Source: Christensenellales bacterium (GTDB taxonomy: Bacteria; Bacillota; Clostridia; Christensenellales; UMGS416). From it: a stretch of DNA of 64,000 bases. The DNA is taken from contig JBMNEH010000001.1 in assembly GCA_050948665.1 (NCBI GenBank), positions 1,403,813 to 1,467,812 of the forward strand, in the 5' to 3' direction. The position numbers were made by a program, and so were the translations under genes. Positions within the stretch are counted from its first letter, which is position 1. Every line of letters begins with the position of its first letter. Under the pieces are notes generated by a model. The model did no database searches. It saw nothing but the letters and a program-made list of their open reading frames with translations, and was not told the DNA's origin. Below are positions 28,364 to 35,849 of this stretch, piece after piece.

Positions 28364-29107
28364 CTACAGCTGTGGAATGTGCATACCGCCATCAAGCTGA
28401 ATTACTTGCCCGGTTGCATAATCCAGATCGCCAGATGCCAACATCAAAACAGCTTTTGCAATATCCTGTGGATATCCCCAACGATTTGAGGGAATTAATC
28501 CGTTCTTAATAAGCGCATCATATTTATCCTTAACACCAGCGGTCATATCTGTGGCAATAATTCCTGGCCTAATCTCAAATACCTTAACATTAGCTGGTGC
28601 TAAACGCGCCGCAAATAGTTGCGTCATCATAGACATCGCAGCTTTACTCATACAATATTCACCGCGGTTAACGCTTACAGCCTCCGCAGATATAGAAGAG
28701 ATATTAATAATCCTGCCTTCCTTTTGCTTTTCCATAATGCGCGCGACCTGCTGCGTAAGGAAGAAAGGGCCCCGAACATTGACGCTCATAAGCCGATCGT
28801 AGCTCTCTTTTGTAGTCTCTAATAGATCGAGACGCTGCAACGGCGCAACACCTGCGTTGTTCACCAGCAGGTCAACGCGCCCGTTCACAGACATAACAGT
28901 AGATACCACTTTATCATGATCTTCATCCACACCATTATCTGCCCTAAGATAATGTATTCCTGAAGCAAGTAACTCCGTTAAATCTTCTGTAGCGTCTTCA
29001 GGCGTTCGCGTACCTGTTACCCATACCGAGTACCAGTGTTCGGCTAATGCCAATGCCGTAGCCCTACCTATACCCCTGAGCCCTCCAGTCACAATTGCTG
29101 TTTTCAC
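28364..29107 (-). CDS. Short-chain dehydrogenase/reductase (FabG-like ketoreductase)
   Basis: TGGLRGIG cofactor motif, NNAG, and a catalytic S...YxxxK (YCMSK). The GTG start overlaps the upstream stop (GTGA). Confidence 0.88.
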   Translation of the reverse strand: MKTAIVTGGLRGIGRATALALAEHWYSVWVTGTRTPEDATEDLTELLASGIHYLRADNGVDEDHDKVVSTVMSVNGRVDLLVNNAGVAPLQRLDLLETTKESYDRLMSVNVRGPFFLTQQVARIMEKQKEGRIINISSISAEAVSVNRGEYCMSKAAMSMMTQLFAARLAPANVKVFEIRPGIIATDMTAGVKDKYDALIKNGLIPSNRWGYPQDIAKAVLMLASGDLDYATGQVIQLDGGMHIPQL

Positions 29108-30423
29108 TCTTTTCCTCCAATAAGCTTCCGGTATAATGGAAGATAAACTTCCTGATCACGCACAGGGCAACCTGTAATGTACCCGGCACGCATCAACATA
29201 GTGCACTTTCCACAGGCAAGGCACAATTTATCCTTTGGTATTCCTCCGTGATGCAGAATGTGATTTGCAAAAGAGGGATCTGCAAGGGATTGCCTTCCAA
29301 AGCCCACAGCTTTTGCCCACCCGTTTGATATGATTCCGGCGGCCAAAGCAGCGGAAAATTCCCGCATATATGAAAAGCCGGTAGCTACACAGACAGCGTC
29401 AGGATATGCCTGCTGCATTACCCTCGCACCGTCCATCAGTCTGGCGACACCGATTAACGGATCTTCAGGTGGTTCGTATCCCCCCCGCGCATAAGGCCTA
29501 TTTATATGGGGGTTATAATAAGGCGTCCCCATTGTAATGTTGAAAAGCGTTTCACCACGCCGAATAAGATCTCCCATCAATTTTAAAGGCTCTGTATAAT
29601 CCGGCTTTCCTTCAACGTCATTTCCCCAATGACCCGCGGTATTATCATGCACATTTAAACGCGTGGCAATGATAAAATCTTTGCCCACCGCTTTCATAAC
29701 CATTTCGGTGGTTTCCAGCATCATCCGCGTTCGGTTCTCATAGCTTCCTCCGTATATGCCAATCCTTTCATGTGCTCCCAGCATTTCTGAATAAAGATAT
29801 AAATGACAAGCCTTTAAATCCACACCGTCAAAACCTGCTTCACGGCAATAAACCGCGGCGGCGGCAATCGCCCTCTCGGTCTCTTTTATTTCTTGGTCGC
29901 TAATCACAGGATATGTATCCGGCAACTGTTGATGGGTGTCCAGAACGGAGTCTTTGCAAGCTCTAATAGGAGCAGGGCTTCCCTCCGGTCTGCTCCACCT
30001 TCCGGAATGCGTTAGCTGCGCAATTAACAGTGGCTCGACGCCCCATGCTTCCATAGCAGTTGCTTTTATTTCCCGAACCAATCGCGAGAAAACATCAAGA
30101 TTCCCGTCTGTAATCATCAGCTGCCGCGGATTTGCGCGGCTTTCTTGTGTAACAGCAATAGCCTCCATCCATATCAAGCCAGCACCGCCTCGGGCAAGGC
30201 GCAGATACCTGCGAAAAGTCATCTCTCCGGGGCTACCGTCCTGTTCCGAATCGCACCCCTCCATGGGTTGGACGACTAAAGCATTGTATAATCTGAAATT
30301 CTTACCCTTCACCGGATGCCCTAAGCAAGAATAATCCAGCGAAAAAGGAAGTTCAATTTTCAGAGAATGAGCTGCACTTTCTATCTCTTGAATGCTTTTA
30401 TATGGAAATCCTCCGTATTTCAA
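29104..30423 (-). CDS. Old-Yellow-Enzyme-like NADH:flavin oxidoreductase with a C-terminal Cys cluster
   Basis: OYE TIM-barrel pattern (VVQPMEG..., AQLTHSGRW, YGGSYENR) and C-terminal CLACGKC-x11-C. It lacks the FAD/NAD(P) domain seen in 2,4-dienoyl-CoA reductase-type enzymes. Start assigned to the TTG at 30423, 8 nt after AAGGAGGAAAGGAG; the ORF-track start at 30480 is the promoter -35. Confidence 0.75.
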   Translation of the reverse strand: MKYGGFPYKSIQEIESAAHSLKIELPFSLDYSCLGHPVKGKNFRLYNALVVQPMEGCDSEQDGSPGEMTFRRYLRLARGGAGLIWMEAIAVTQESRANPRQLMITDGNLDVFSRLVREIKATAMEAWGVEPLLIAQLTHSGRWSRPEGSPAPIRACKDSVLDTHQQLPDTYPVISDQEIKETERAIAAAAVYCREAGFDGVDLKACHLYLYSEMLGAHERIGIYGGSYENRTRMMLETTEMVMKAVGKDFIIATRLNVHDNTAGHWGNDVEGKPDYTEPLKLMGDLIRRGETLFNITMGTPYYNPHINRPYARGGYEPPEDPLIGVARLMDGARVMQQAYPDAVCVATGFSYMREFSAALAAGIISNGWAKAVGFGRQSLADPSFANHILHHGGIPKDKLCLACGKCTMLMRAGYITGCPVRDQEVYLPLYRKLIGGKE

Positions 30424-30451
30424 GAAAATGCTCCTTTCCTCCTTTTGCACG

Positions 30452-30480
30452 ATTATATCGAAATCTACAAGAAAATGCAA
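30452..30480 (-). promoter_or_regulatory. Promoter of the redox operon (TTGCAT-17-TATAAT)
   Basis: On the minus strand: TTGCAT (30480-30475), a 17-nt spacer, TATAAT (30457-30452), followed by a strong RBS. Confidence 0.75.
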
Positions 30481-30513
30481 CGTCCGATGCTAATCTTCAG
30501 CTGTAAAAAGCCC

Positions 30514-30541
30514 TTGCAAAATTCCAAATCCATGTTATACT
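30514..30541 (+). promoter_or_regulatory. Promoter of tRNA-Arg (TTGCAA-16-TATACT)
   Basis: TTGCAA at 30514-30519, a 16-nt spacer, TATACT at 30536-30541, 16 nt before the tRNA. Confidence 0.65.
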
Positions 30542-30556
30542 TAGAAAGTTGTATAT

Positions 30557-30632
30557 GCGCCTGTAGCTCAGCGGATAGAGCGTTCGGCTCCGGACCGAAA
30601 GGCCGTGGGTTCGATTCCCGCCAGGCGCACCA
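30557..30632 (+). tRNA. tRNA-Arg (CCG)
   Basis: Acceptor GCGCCTG/CAGGCGC, anticodon loop CTCCGGA, GGTTCGATTCC T-arm, encoded CCA. Confidence 0.9.
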
Positions 30633-30637
30633 CGTTC

Positions 30638-30667
30638 AACACCTTCCCAAAGGGGAGGTGTTTTTTA
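30638..30667 (+). terminator. Rho-independent terminator after tRNA-Arg
   Basis: AACACCTTCCC-AAA-GGGGAGGTGTT hairpin followed by TTTT. Confidence 0.85.
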
Positions 30668-30812
30668 ATGCACAATGCTGAAAGCTCTGATATATTACCT
30701 TTGTATTTGGAAAATGAGCTTGTTATATAATGGACATTTCTCCTATTCCGTGTGAAGCCGATTCTCGTGATTCATCTTTTTCCTGTAGATCCAATATTTC
30801 TTTTTCACAATA

Positions 30813-30836
30813 GAAAACCCCGGCTTTAGTCGGGGC
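30813..30836 (-). terminator. Terminator after ispH/S1
   Basis: On the minus strand: CCCCGAC-TAAA-GCCGGGG, a 7-bp stem followed by UUUU, 15 nt after the stop. Confidence 0.65.
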
Positions 30837-30850
30837 TTTCGTACACCTGA

Positions 30851-32998
30851 TCATGCATCCAGGCTATCGTCAATTTTATCAATCAACGATGCGTCTTCCT
30901 GATCATAATCCGCATCATCATAGTCATCAGAGTAATAGTCATTCTCGCTTTCCGGAATCTGTGCATCTCGAATACTAAGGCTTATACGCCTTTCAGCGGG
31001 ATTAACATCCAGTATCCGTACATTGACAATTTCACCAACAGAAAGGACATCTTCAATCTTATTCACCCGGTGATCGGCAATCTGGGAAATATGAACAAGT
31101 CCATCCAGCCCGGGTTCTAACTCTACGAATGCACCAAAGGTCACAATGCGTACAATCTTACCAGCTACGATGGTTCCAGGAATGTACTTGGATGTGGCAA
31201 CATCCCAAGGTTTCGGCCGCAACTGTTTGTAGCCCAAAGACACCCTCTGCCTCTCTCGGTCAACCTTCAGAACGAGCACCTCAATCTCTTGGCCGATGGA
31301 GACAACATCCTTGGGATTCTGGACACGTCCCCAAGCAAGGTTTGTAACATGTACTAATCCGTCTATGCCACCTATATCAACAAACGCACCAAAGTCGGTT
31401 ATGCGCCGGACAATACCCATTACGGTAATACCTTCTTGCAACTTCTCCCACTTGGCAGCACGCTCCTTTTCGTTGTTTTCCCTAATCGCCTCTTTTCGGC
31501 TTGCAACAACGCGCTTACGTGCTTTGTCTATTTCTATAATCTTAACTTCCATCTCTTGTCCGACAAAAAAATCCGCGTCATCTACAAAACGGATATCCAA
31601 GTGAGAAGCTGGAATAAAAGCACGAAAGCCATTGATTGTTGCAATAAGGCCACCCTTAACTTTCTGCTTACCGATTGCAATAAAGTGTTCACCTTTTTCG
31701 TTTGCCTCCAGAATCGCTCTCCAATGCTTGCGGCTGTCGACATTCTTTTTGGACAGGAGGACATTCCCTTCACCATCGTTGACTTTCAGGACCTCTACTT
31801 CTATCTCATCGCCTTCTTTGACAATCGTGGTAGGATCAACGTCACCGTTCGCCGAAAACTCGCTGCGGTGAATGAAGCCGTCAGCTTTGTAACCGATGTT
31901 AACGCACACCTCGTTCTCATTCACAGAGACGACCTTGCCGCGAATAATCTTACCGGCACGGATGGGCATCATCATCTTTTCAAAGTCCTGAGCGAAGTTA
32001 GCTTCGCCGCTTGCATCACCAGCACTGGGAATGCTCTGCACCGTATCATTATCAGATATGGCAGGAGCAGCTTCCGTGGCAGGGGCTGCGGGTTTCTCTT
32101 CCTGAATTTCAGCCGCTGTCGTTATAACAGCATCTTCAGACTTCGGATTTGGAACCGCATTGTTTTCGATGTCGTTCATAGTTATAATGACCTCCTTAAT
32201 TATCCAATCCGGTGTAGATGCGCCGGAAGTTATGCCCACCACCTGATTCGATGGCTTCCATCCCCTCGGTAAGTCTTCACCAGTTTCGATCCAATACACT
32301 TCAGAACAGTTTCTTCTGCAGATATGATACAACTCTCTCGTATTGGCGCTGTTCCTCCCGCCAATGACCAGCATGCAGTCGCAATGACGACTTAAGTAAT
32401 CCGCTTCCTTCTGCCTCGCCTCAGTTACAGAGCATATGGAGTTGAAGACATCACAATTACTGTACTTAGCCTGTACGATTGGCAATAGCTGCTTCCATAA
32501 AATCAAAGAAGTGGTGGTTTGAGCGCAAATAAGAGTTTTCTTTTCACTTCCGGGCAAGCCTTCTGCATCTTCAAGGGACTGGAGAATCTCTGCTGTTCCT
32601 CCGCTCCAACGGAACAGTGCTTTTACCTCGGGGTGCTCAGACTCTCCAACTAATAGGATCAAAGAATCTTGTTGGCAAGCTTCCGCCACTTTTTGCTGTA
32701 TTCTTGAGACAAATGGACAGGTCGCATCAATGACCGTAATATTATGTCTTTTGCAATAAGCAAACACCTCCGGTCCAGCGCCGTGAGAGCGGATAACTAT
32801 TCTCCCGCCGTCCGGAACCAACGATATATCCTCAACCTCCGAGACGCCTTTGCTCCGCAGCTTATCAACAACTTGCGGATTATGGATGATTGATCCAAGC
32901 GTATACAACCCGGGCGACTTCGCTTCATGGAATGCAAGATCAACAGCTCTGCGCACCCCAACACAAAAACCGCCCTTCTCTGCCACTTGAATTGTCAA
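30851..32998 (-). CDS. ispH: Bifunctional 4-hydroxy-3-methylbut-2-enyl diphosphate reductase (IspH/LytB) fused to ribosomal protein S1
   Basis: The N-terminal 280 aa are IspH-like (GFCVGVRRAV, IHNPQVV, conserved Cys residues). A Pro/Ala/Glu-rich linker follows, then four S1 OB-fold repeats (GKVVSVNENEVCVNIG..., GLVHVTNLAW..., GLVHISQIAD...) and an acidic tail. TTG start with a GGAGG RBS. Confidence 0.9.
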   Translation of the reverse strand: MTIQVAEKGGFCVGVRRAVDLAFHEAKSPGLYTLGSIIHNPQVVDKLRSKGVSEVEDISLVPDGGRIVIRSHGAGPEVFAYCKRHNITVIDATCPFVSRIQQKVAEACQQDSLILLVGESEHPEVKALFRWSGGTAEILQSLEDAEGLPGSEKKTLICAQTTTSLILWKQLLPIVQAKYSNCDVFNSICSVTEARQKEADYLSRHCDCMLVIGGRNSANTRELYHICRRNCSEVYWIETGEDLPRGWKPSNQVVGITSGASTPDWIIKEVIITMNDIENNAVPNPKSEDAVITTAAEIQEEKPAAPATEAAPAISDNDTVQSIPSAGDASGEANFAQDFEKMMMPIRAGKIIRGKVVSVNENEVCVNIGYKADGFIHRSEFSANGDVDPTTIVKEGDEIEVEVLKVNDGEGNVLLSKKNVDSRKHWRAILEANEKGEHFIAIGKQKVKGGLIATINGFRAFIPASHLDIRFVDDADFFVGQEMEVKIIEIDKARKRVVASRKEAIRENNEKERAAKWEKLQEGITVMGIVRRITDFGAFVDIGGIDGLVHVTNLAWGRVQNPKDVVSIGQEIEVLVLKVDRERQRVSLGYKQLRPKPWDVATSKYIPGTIVAGKIVRIVTFGAFVELEPGLDGLVHISQIADHRVNKIEDVLSVGEIVNVRILDVNPAERRISLSIRDAQIPESENDYYSDDYDDADYDQEDASLIDKIDDSLDA

Positions 32999-33097
32999 CC
33001 ATTAAACCTCCATTGAGAACATACAACATTCAATATTATACACAGCCTTTAAGTAAAACACCATAGGCAAAATAAAAAATAATAAAAATTTAATATT

Positions 33098-33733
33098 TTA
33101 CAGATCCCGCTCTGAAATATCACGAAGCTGTAGAATGCGAATACGAATTTCCTCGGTAAAACGGGTCAAACCTTCTGCGTTAATACGTCCGCTCCGCAAG
33201 ATATCCGCAACGCTCACAGGATCCCCTGCATACACCTTTAACCGGTGAAAGGGCTTATAGGCGTTCTTCATATCTACATATAATGGTATGCAGGGTGCAT
33301 TTGTTTTAGCTGCTATCAATGCAAATCCTTTATGGAAGGGTAGCAGTGCCGGATCTCTTTTTTTGTTGCGGGTTCCCTCCGGAAAGATTGTAATGATATT
33401 CCCGTCATTTATCACACTCATGCATGTGCGAATTGCAGAATGATCCGCTGTACCTCGGTCAACTGGTATGGCGCCTAATGAGCGCAAAAACGCTCCTATC
33501 AGTTTGTTCTTTTCCAACTCGGATTTCGAAAGGAAAAAAGTAACTTTAGGCAAAAACAAAGCTGCTATTGCATAAGGATCCCACATTGAAATATGATTTG
33601 CACAACCAATAAAAGCACCCTCCGGCAGTGCTCCGCAAGTGCAAATCAATTGTGGTCGGAAAAGGAGCCACATAATAGCCGCCCCAATAGGGCGAATGAA
33701 CCTATAAAACTTTCCTACTTTTCCGGTTTTCAT
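33098..33733 (-). CDS. plsC: 1-acyl-sn-glycerol-3-phosphate acyltransferase
   Basis: NHISMWD (the HX4D motif) and FPEGTR motifs. Confidence 0.88.
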   Translation of the reverse strand: MKTGKVGKFYRFIRPIGAAIMWLLFRPQLICTCGALPEGAFIGCANHISMWDPYAIAALFLPKVTFFLSKSELEKNKLIGAFLRSLGAIPVDRGTADHSAIRTCMSVINDGNIITIFPEGTRNKKRDPALLPFHKGFALIAAKTNAPCIPLYVDMKNAYKPFHRLKVYAGDPVSVADILRSGRINAEGLTRFTEEIRIRILQLRDISERDL

Positions 33734-34420
33734 CTACTCTCTCCCGGCAAACACATTCATCTGCTTTATAATACCAAGTATTTTGTCTACAACCTGAGTT
33801 TCCGATAAATCGGTAGAATCAATAATCACGCTTCCTTCAGCAGGACGAAGTGGTGAAGCCGCACGACCCATGTCCTGTTTGTCTCGTATTAATATCTGAG
33901 CAAGCACATCCTCATACGCGACATCCTCCCCCTTAGAAGCAAGTTGCAGTGTGCGACGCTTGGCACGTTCCTCAGGAGATGCCGTAAGGAAAATTTTCAC
34001 GGTTGCATCGGGTAAAACGTCCGTTCCGATATCTCTGCCTTCTAAAATCACGTCACGGCTTCCTGCAATTTCTCTTTGTCTGGAAACCATATCATGTCTC
34101 ACTGAAGGCCAACGGCTGACATCAGAAGCGGCCATAGAAACTTCCTGTGAGCGAATCAAATGGGTAACATCCTCGCCTTGAATGTAAACTCTCACGATAC
34201 CCTTTGGGTCAGCGGTAACATCTAGAGATAAATGCTTGAGCATTTCTTCCAGCGCTGCTTCATCTCCTGTTGATATGCCATTACGTAAAGCGAAAAGTCC
34301 AACTGCGCGATACATAGCACCAGTATCAAGATATAAGAGGTGTAGCTTCTCAGCAATCGCGGCAGCTGTTGTCCCTTTCCCGGCACCGGCCGGTCCGTCA
34401 ATCGCAATTTGTATAGGCAT
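33734..34420 (-). CDS. cmk: Cytidylate kinase
   Basis: IAIDGPAGAGKGT P-loop, DTGAMYR, and cmk-S1 synteny. Confidence 0.93.
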   Translation of the reverse strand: MPIQIAIDGPAGAGKGTTAAAIAEKLHLLYLDTGAMYRAVGLFALRNGISTGDEAALEEMLKHLSLDVTADPKGIVRVYIQGEDVTHLIRSQEVSMAASDVSRWPSVRHDMVSRQREIAGSRDVILEGRDIGTDVLPDATVKIFLTASPEERAKRRTLQLASKGEDVAYEDVLAQILIRDKQDMGRAASPLRPAEGSVIIDSTDLSETQVVDKILGIIKQMNVFAGRE

Positions 34421-34422
34421 AC

Positions 34423-34848
34423 CTATATCGCCCTATGACCGAGGCCGATAGCTACCTCGTTTAAGTGTAATAATCCAATACCCATAAAAATACATACGGC
34501 TAAGTGTTGCTTACTACGAACAATGCCGATTTTTCCTCCCACGTTAAAGCCAACGGCCTTGTTTGTGAGGTAGGATACGGCTTCCCTGGTTGCTCCGGCA
34601 ACAGCACCTTCTTCATGATGCAACGTACCGATCAAACCCTCTCTCCTTGCTGCAACCACCGCTCTTTCAACAATCTTAGAGATTGATGCAAGAAATTCAC
34701 CACCAAAGTCTACAGCGGCTGCAAGACATCTCTGATCCCTAAATAACTCTTGAAGCTGTCTTTCCTCATCCCTGCTTTCTGCCAGGCTCATCCGAACTGC
34801 CATACGGCAGACATCTCTGCTACCGATAGGCGACAATTGTTCGCTCAT
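34423..34848 (-). CDS. HutP-family protein (homolog of an RNA-binding antiterminator; role here unknown)
   Basis: Its length and C-terminal pattern (...HHEEGAVAGATREAV... GIGLLHLNEVAIGLGHRAI) resemble Bacillus HutP as I recall it. Start set to the ATG at 34848 behind GAGGAGG. Confidence 0.65.
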   Translation of the reverse strand: MSEQLSPIGSRDVCRMAVRMSLAESRDEERQLQELFRDQRCLAAAVDFGGEFLASISKIVERAVVAARREGLIGTLHHEEGAVAGATREAVSYLTNKAVGFNVGGKIGIVRSKQHLAVCIFMGIGLLHLNEVAIGLGHRAI

Positions 34849-34865
34849 GCATCCTCCTCTACATG

Positions 34866-35060
34866 CTCTCGGAGCTGACCTGATCTTTGACCCCACATTC
34901 GCCAGCTGGAGGTTTTGCTTGGCTGCTGCCTCACGCTTCCCTCTCTCGGGTGGTCCCGGCTGGACTTACTCCTAAACCGCGCCATGCTCACCATTAAATG
35001 GTTTACGTGGGTCGTTTTGCCCGCGACTAGCATCGACTTTCAATCACAGACCTCCGAAAA
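34866..35060 (-). ncRNA. Candidate structured ncRNA or leader, possibly a raiA-motif RNA
   Basis: A non-coding, GC-rich stretch of about 195 nt with its own promoter, immediately 3' of comFC. The 5' segment CGGAGGTCTGTGATTGA pairs with the 3' segment TCAAAGATCAGGTCAGCTCCG as a closing helix. Internal hairpins include CGCGGG/CCCACG, TAAACC/GGTTTA, CCAGC/GCTGG and CCC-GAGAGA-GGG. The class assignment rests on genomic position only. Confidence 0.45.
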
Positions 35061-35067
35061 CAATGCT

Positions 35068-35095
35068 ATTATACCAAGAAAAGCCTTAAAAGCAA
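35068..35095 (-). promoter_or_regulatory. Promoter of the candidate ncRNA (TTGCTT-16-TGgTATAAT)
   Basis: On the minus strand: TTGCTT (35095-35090), a 16-nt spacer ending in TGG (extended -10), TATAAT (35073-35068). It begins 5 nt after the comFC stop. Confidence 0.65.
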
Positions 35096-35099
35096 AGGG

Positions 35100-35849
35100 T
35101 TAAGTATTACCGGCAGCTGCACAAATAAAAACCTTTTCCGCTCCTGCCTGCTTAAGCAGCTCAGCACATGAGTTCATTGTTGCCCCAGAGGTAAGCACAT
35201 CATCCACCAGCAAAACTCTTGCACCAGTCAATTTTAAGTTTTCAGAAACGGAAAAGGAGTTTTTTTCAGATATGCCATGTCCTATCATTATCTTCGGATA
35301 GGTATATCTTGATCGGTTCAGTGCATGGTAAAGCACAGGTCTTCCCAGCAAATCACCTATTCTTCCGGCAAGCAAATCCGGAATATTGACCCATCGGCTT
35401 ATTTTTCGCAGCCAATGACTGGGAACCGGAATAATAAAGTCAACAGGACACAAGCCCTTTTTCTGCACTTTATCCGCCAATATCTCCCCAAAGCCCTCAG
35501 CAAAATATATGTCTCCCTCATACTTCATTCTGTGAATCAGTTCTATGAGCATTCCATCATAATGGTATAATACAACGCCGCCATCATAGGTAGCCATAAT
35601 CCTTTTGCAAGTACGACACACTTCTCCCTCTGCTTCTCTTCCGCAAAGCGTGCACAAATTCCCTTCATGTGGGTGAAGCATCTGCAAACATTCCTCGCAA
35701 AAGCCCCCGTAAAGAGTATCCTTTATAATGTTACATATGCCACACTCTCTCCACAACACCGGGCATATGGCTGTTCTTACCTTTCGGAAAAATGCCTCAG
35801 GTTGCTTCAATCGATTAAATGACTTCATTGTACTCCCTAAGAAAGTCAA
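35100..35849 (-). CDS. comFC: ComF family protein (ComFC, phosphoribosyltransferase-like)
   Basis: N-terminal CxxC pairs and a C-terminal PRTase motif VLLVDDVLTSGATM. The start could be 35849 or 35828. It overlaps the recD2 3' end. Confidence 0.85.
   Translation of the reverse strand: MTFLGSTMKSFNRLKQPEAFFRKVRTAICPVLWRECGICNIIKDTLYGGFCEECLQMLHPHEGNLCTLCGREAEGEVCRTCKRIMATYDGGVVLYHYDGMLIELIHRMKYEGDIYFAEGFGEILADKVQKKGLCPVDFIIPVPSHWLRKISRWVNIPDLLAGRIGDLLGRPVLYHALNRSRYTYPKIMIGHGISEKNSFSVSENLKLTGARVLLVDDVLTSGATMNSCAELLKQAGAEKVFICAAAGNT

Noticed and set aside
31436-32272. A 278-aa plus-strand ORF, with neighbours at 31296-31604 and 31632-31871
   Set aside because: It lies entirely antisense to the IspH-S1 fusion gene. 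It is low-complexity, has no RBS, and matches no recognisable family. The sense strand carries unmistakable S1 repeats.
34866-35060. Possible SRP (4.5S/scRNA), 6S, RNase P or tmRNA identity for the comFC-downstream RNA
   Set aside because: The stretch GCAGCCAAG resembles part of SRP domain IV, and GAGTAAGTCCAGCC faintly resembles RNase P. However, the GGAA-tetraloop helix 8 context, the element order and the size do not fit SRP, RNase P or tmRNA. 6S cannot be excluded by eye, but the genomic context favours the raiA-motif hypothesis, and the region is reported as such at modest confidence.
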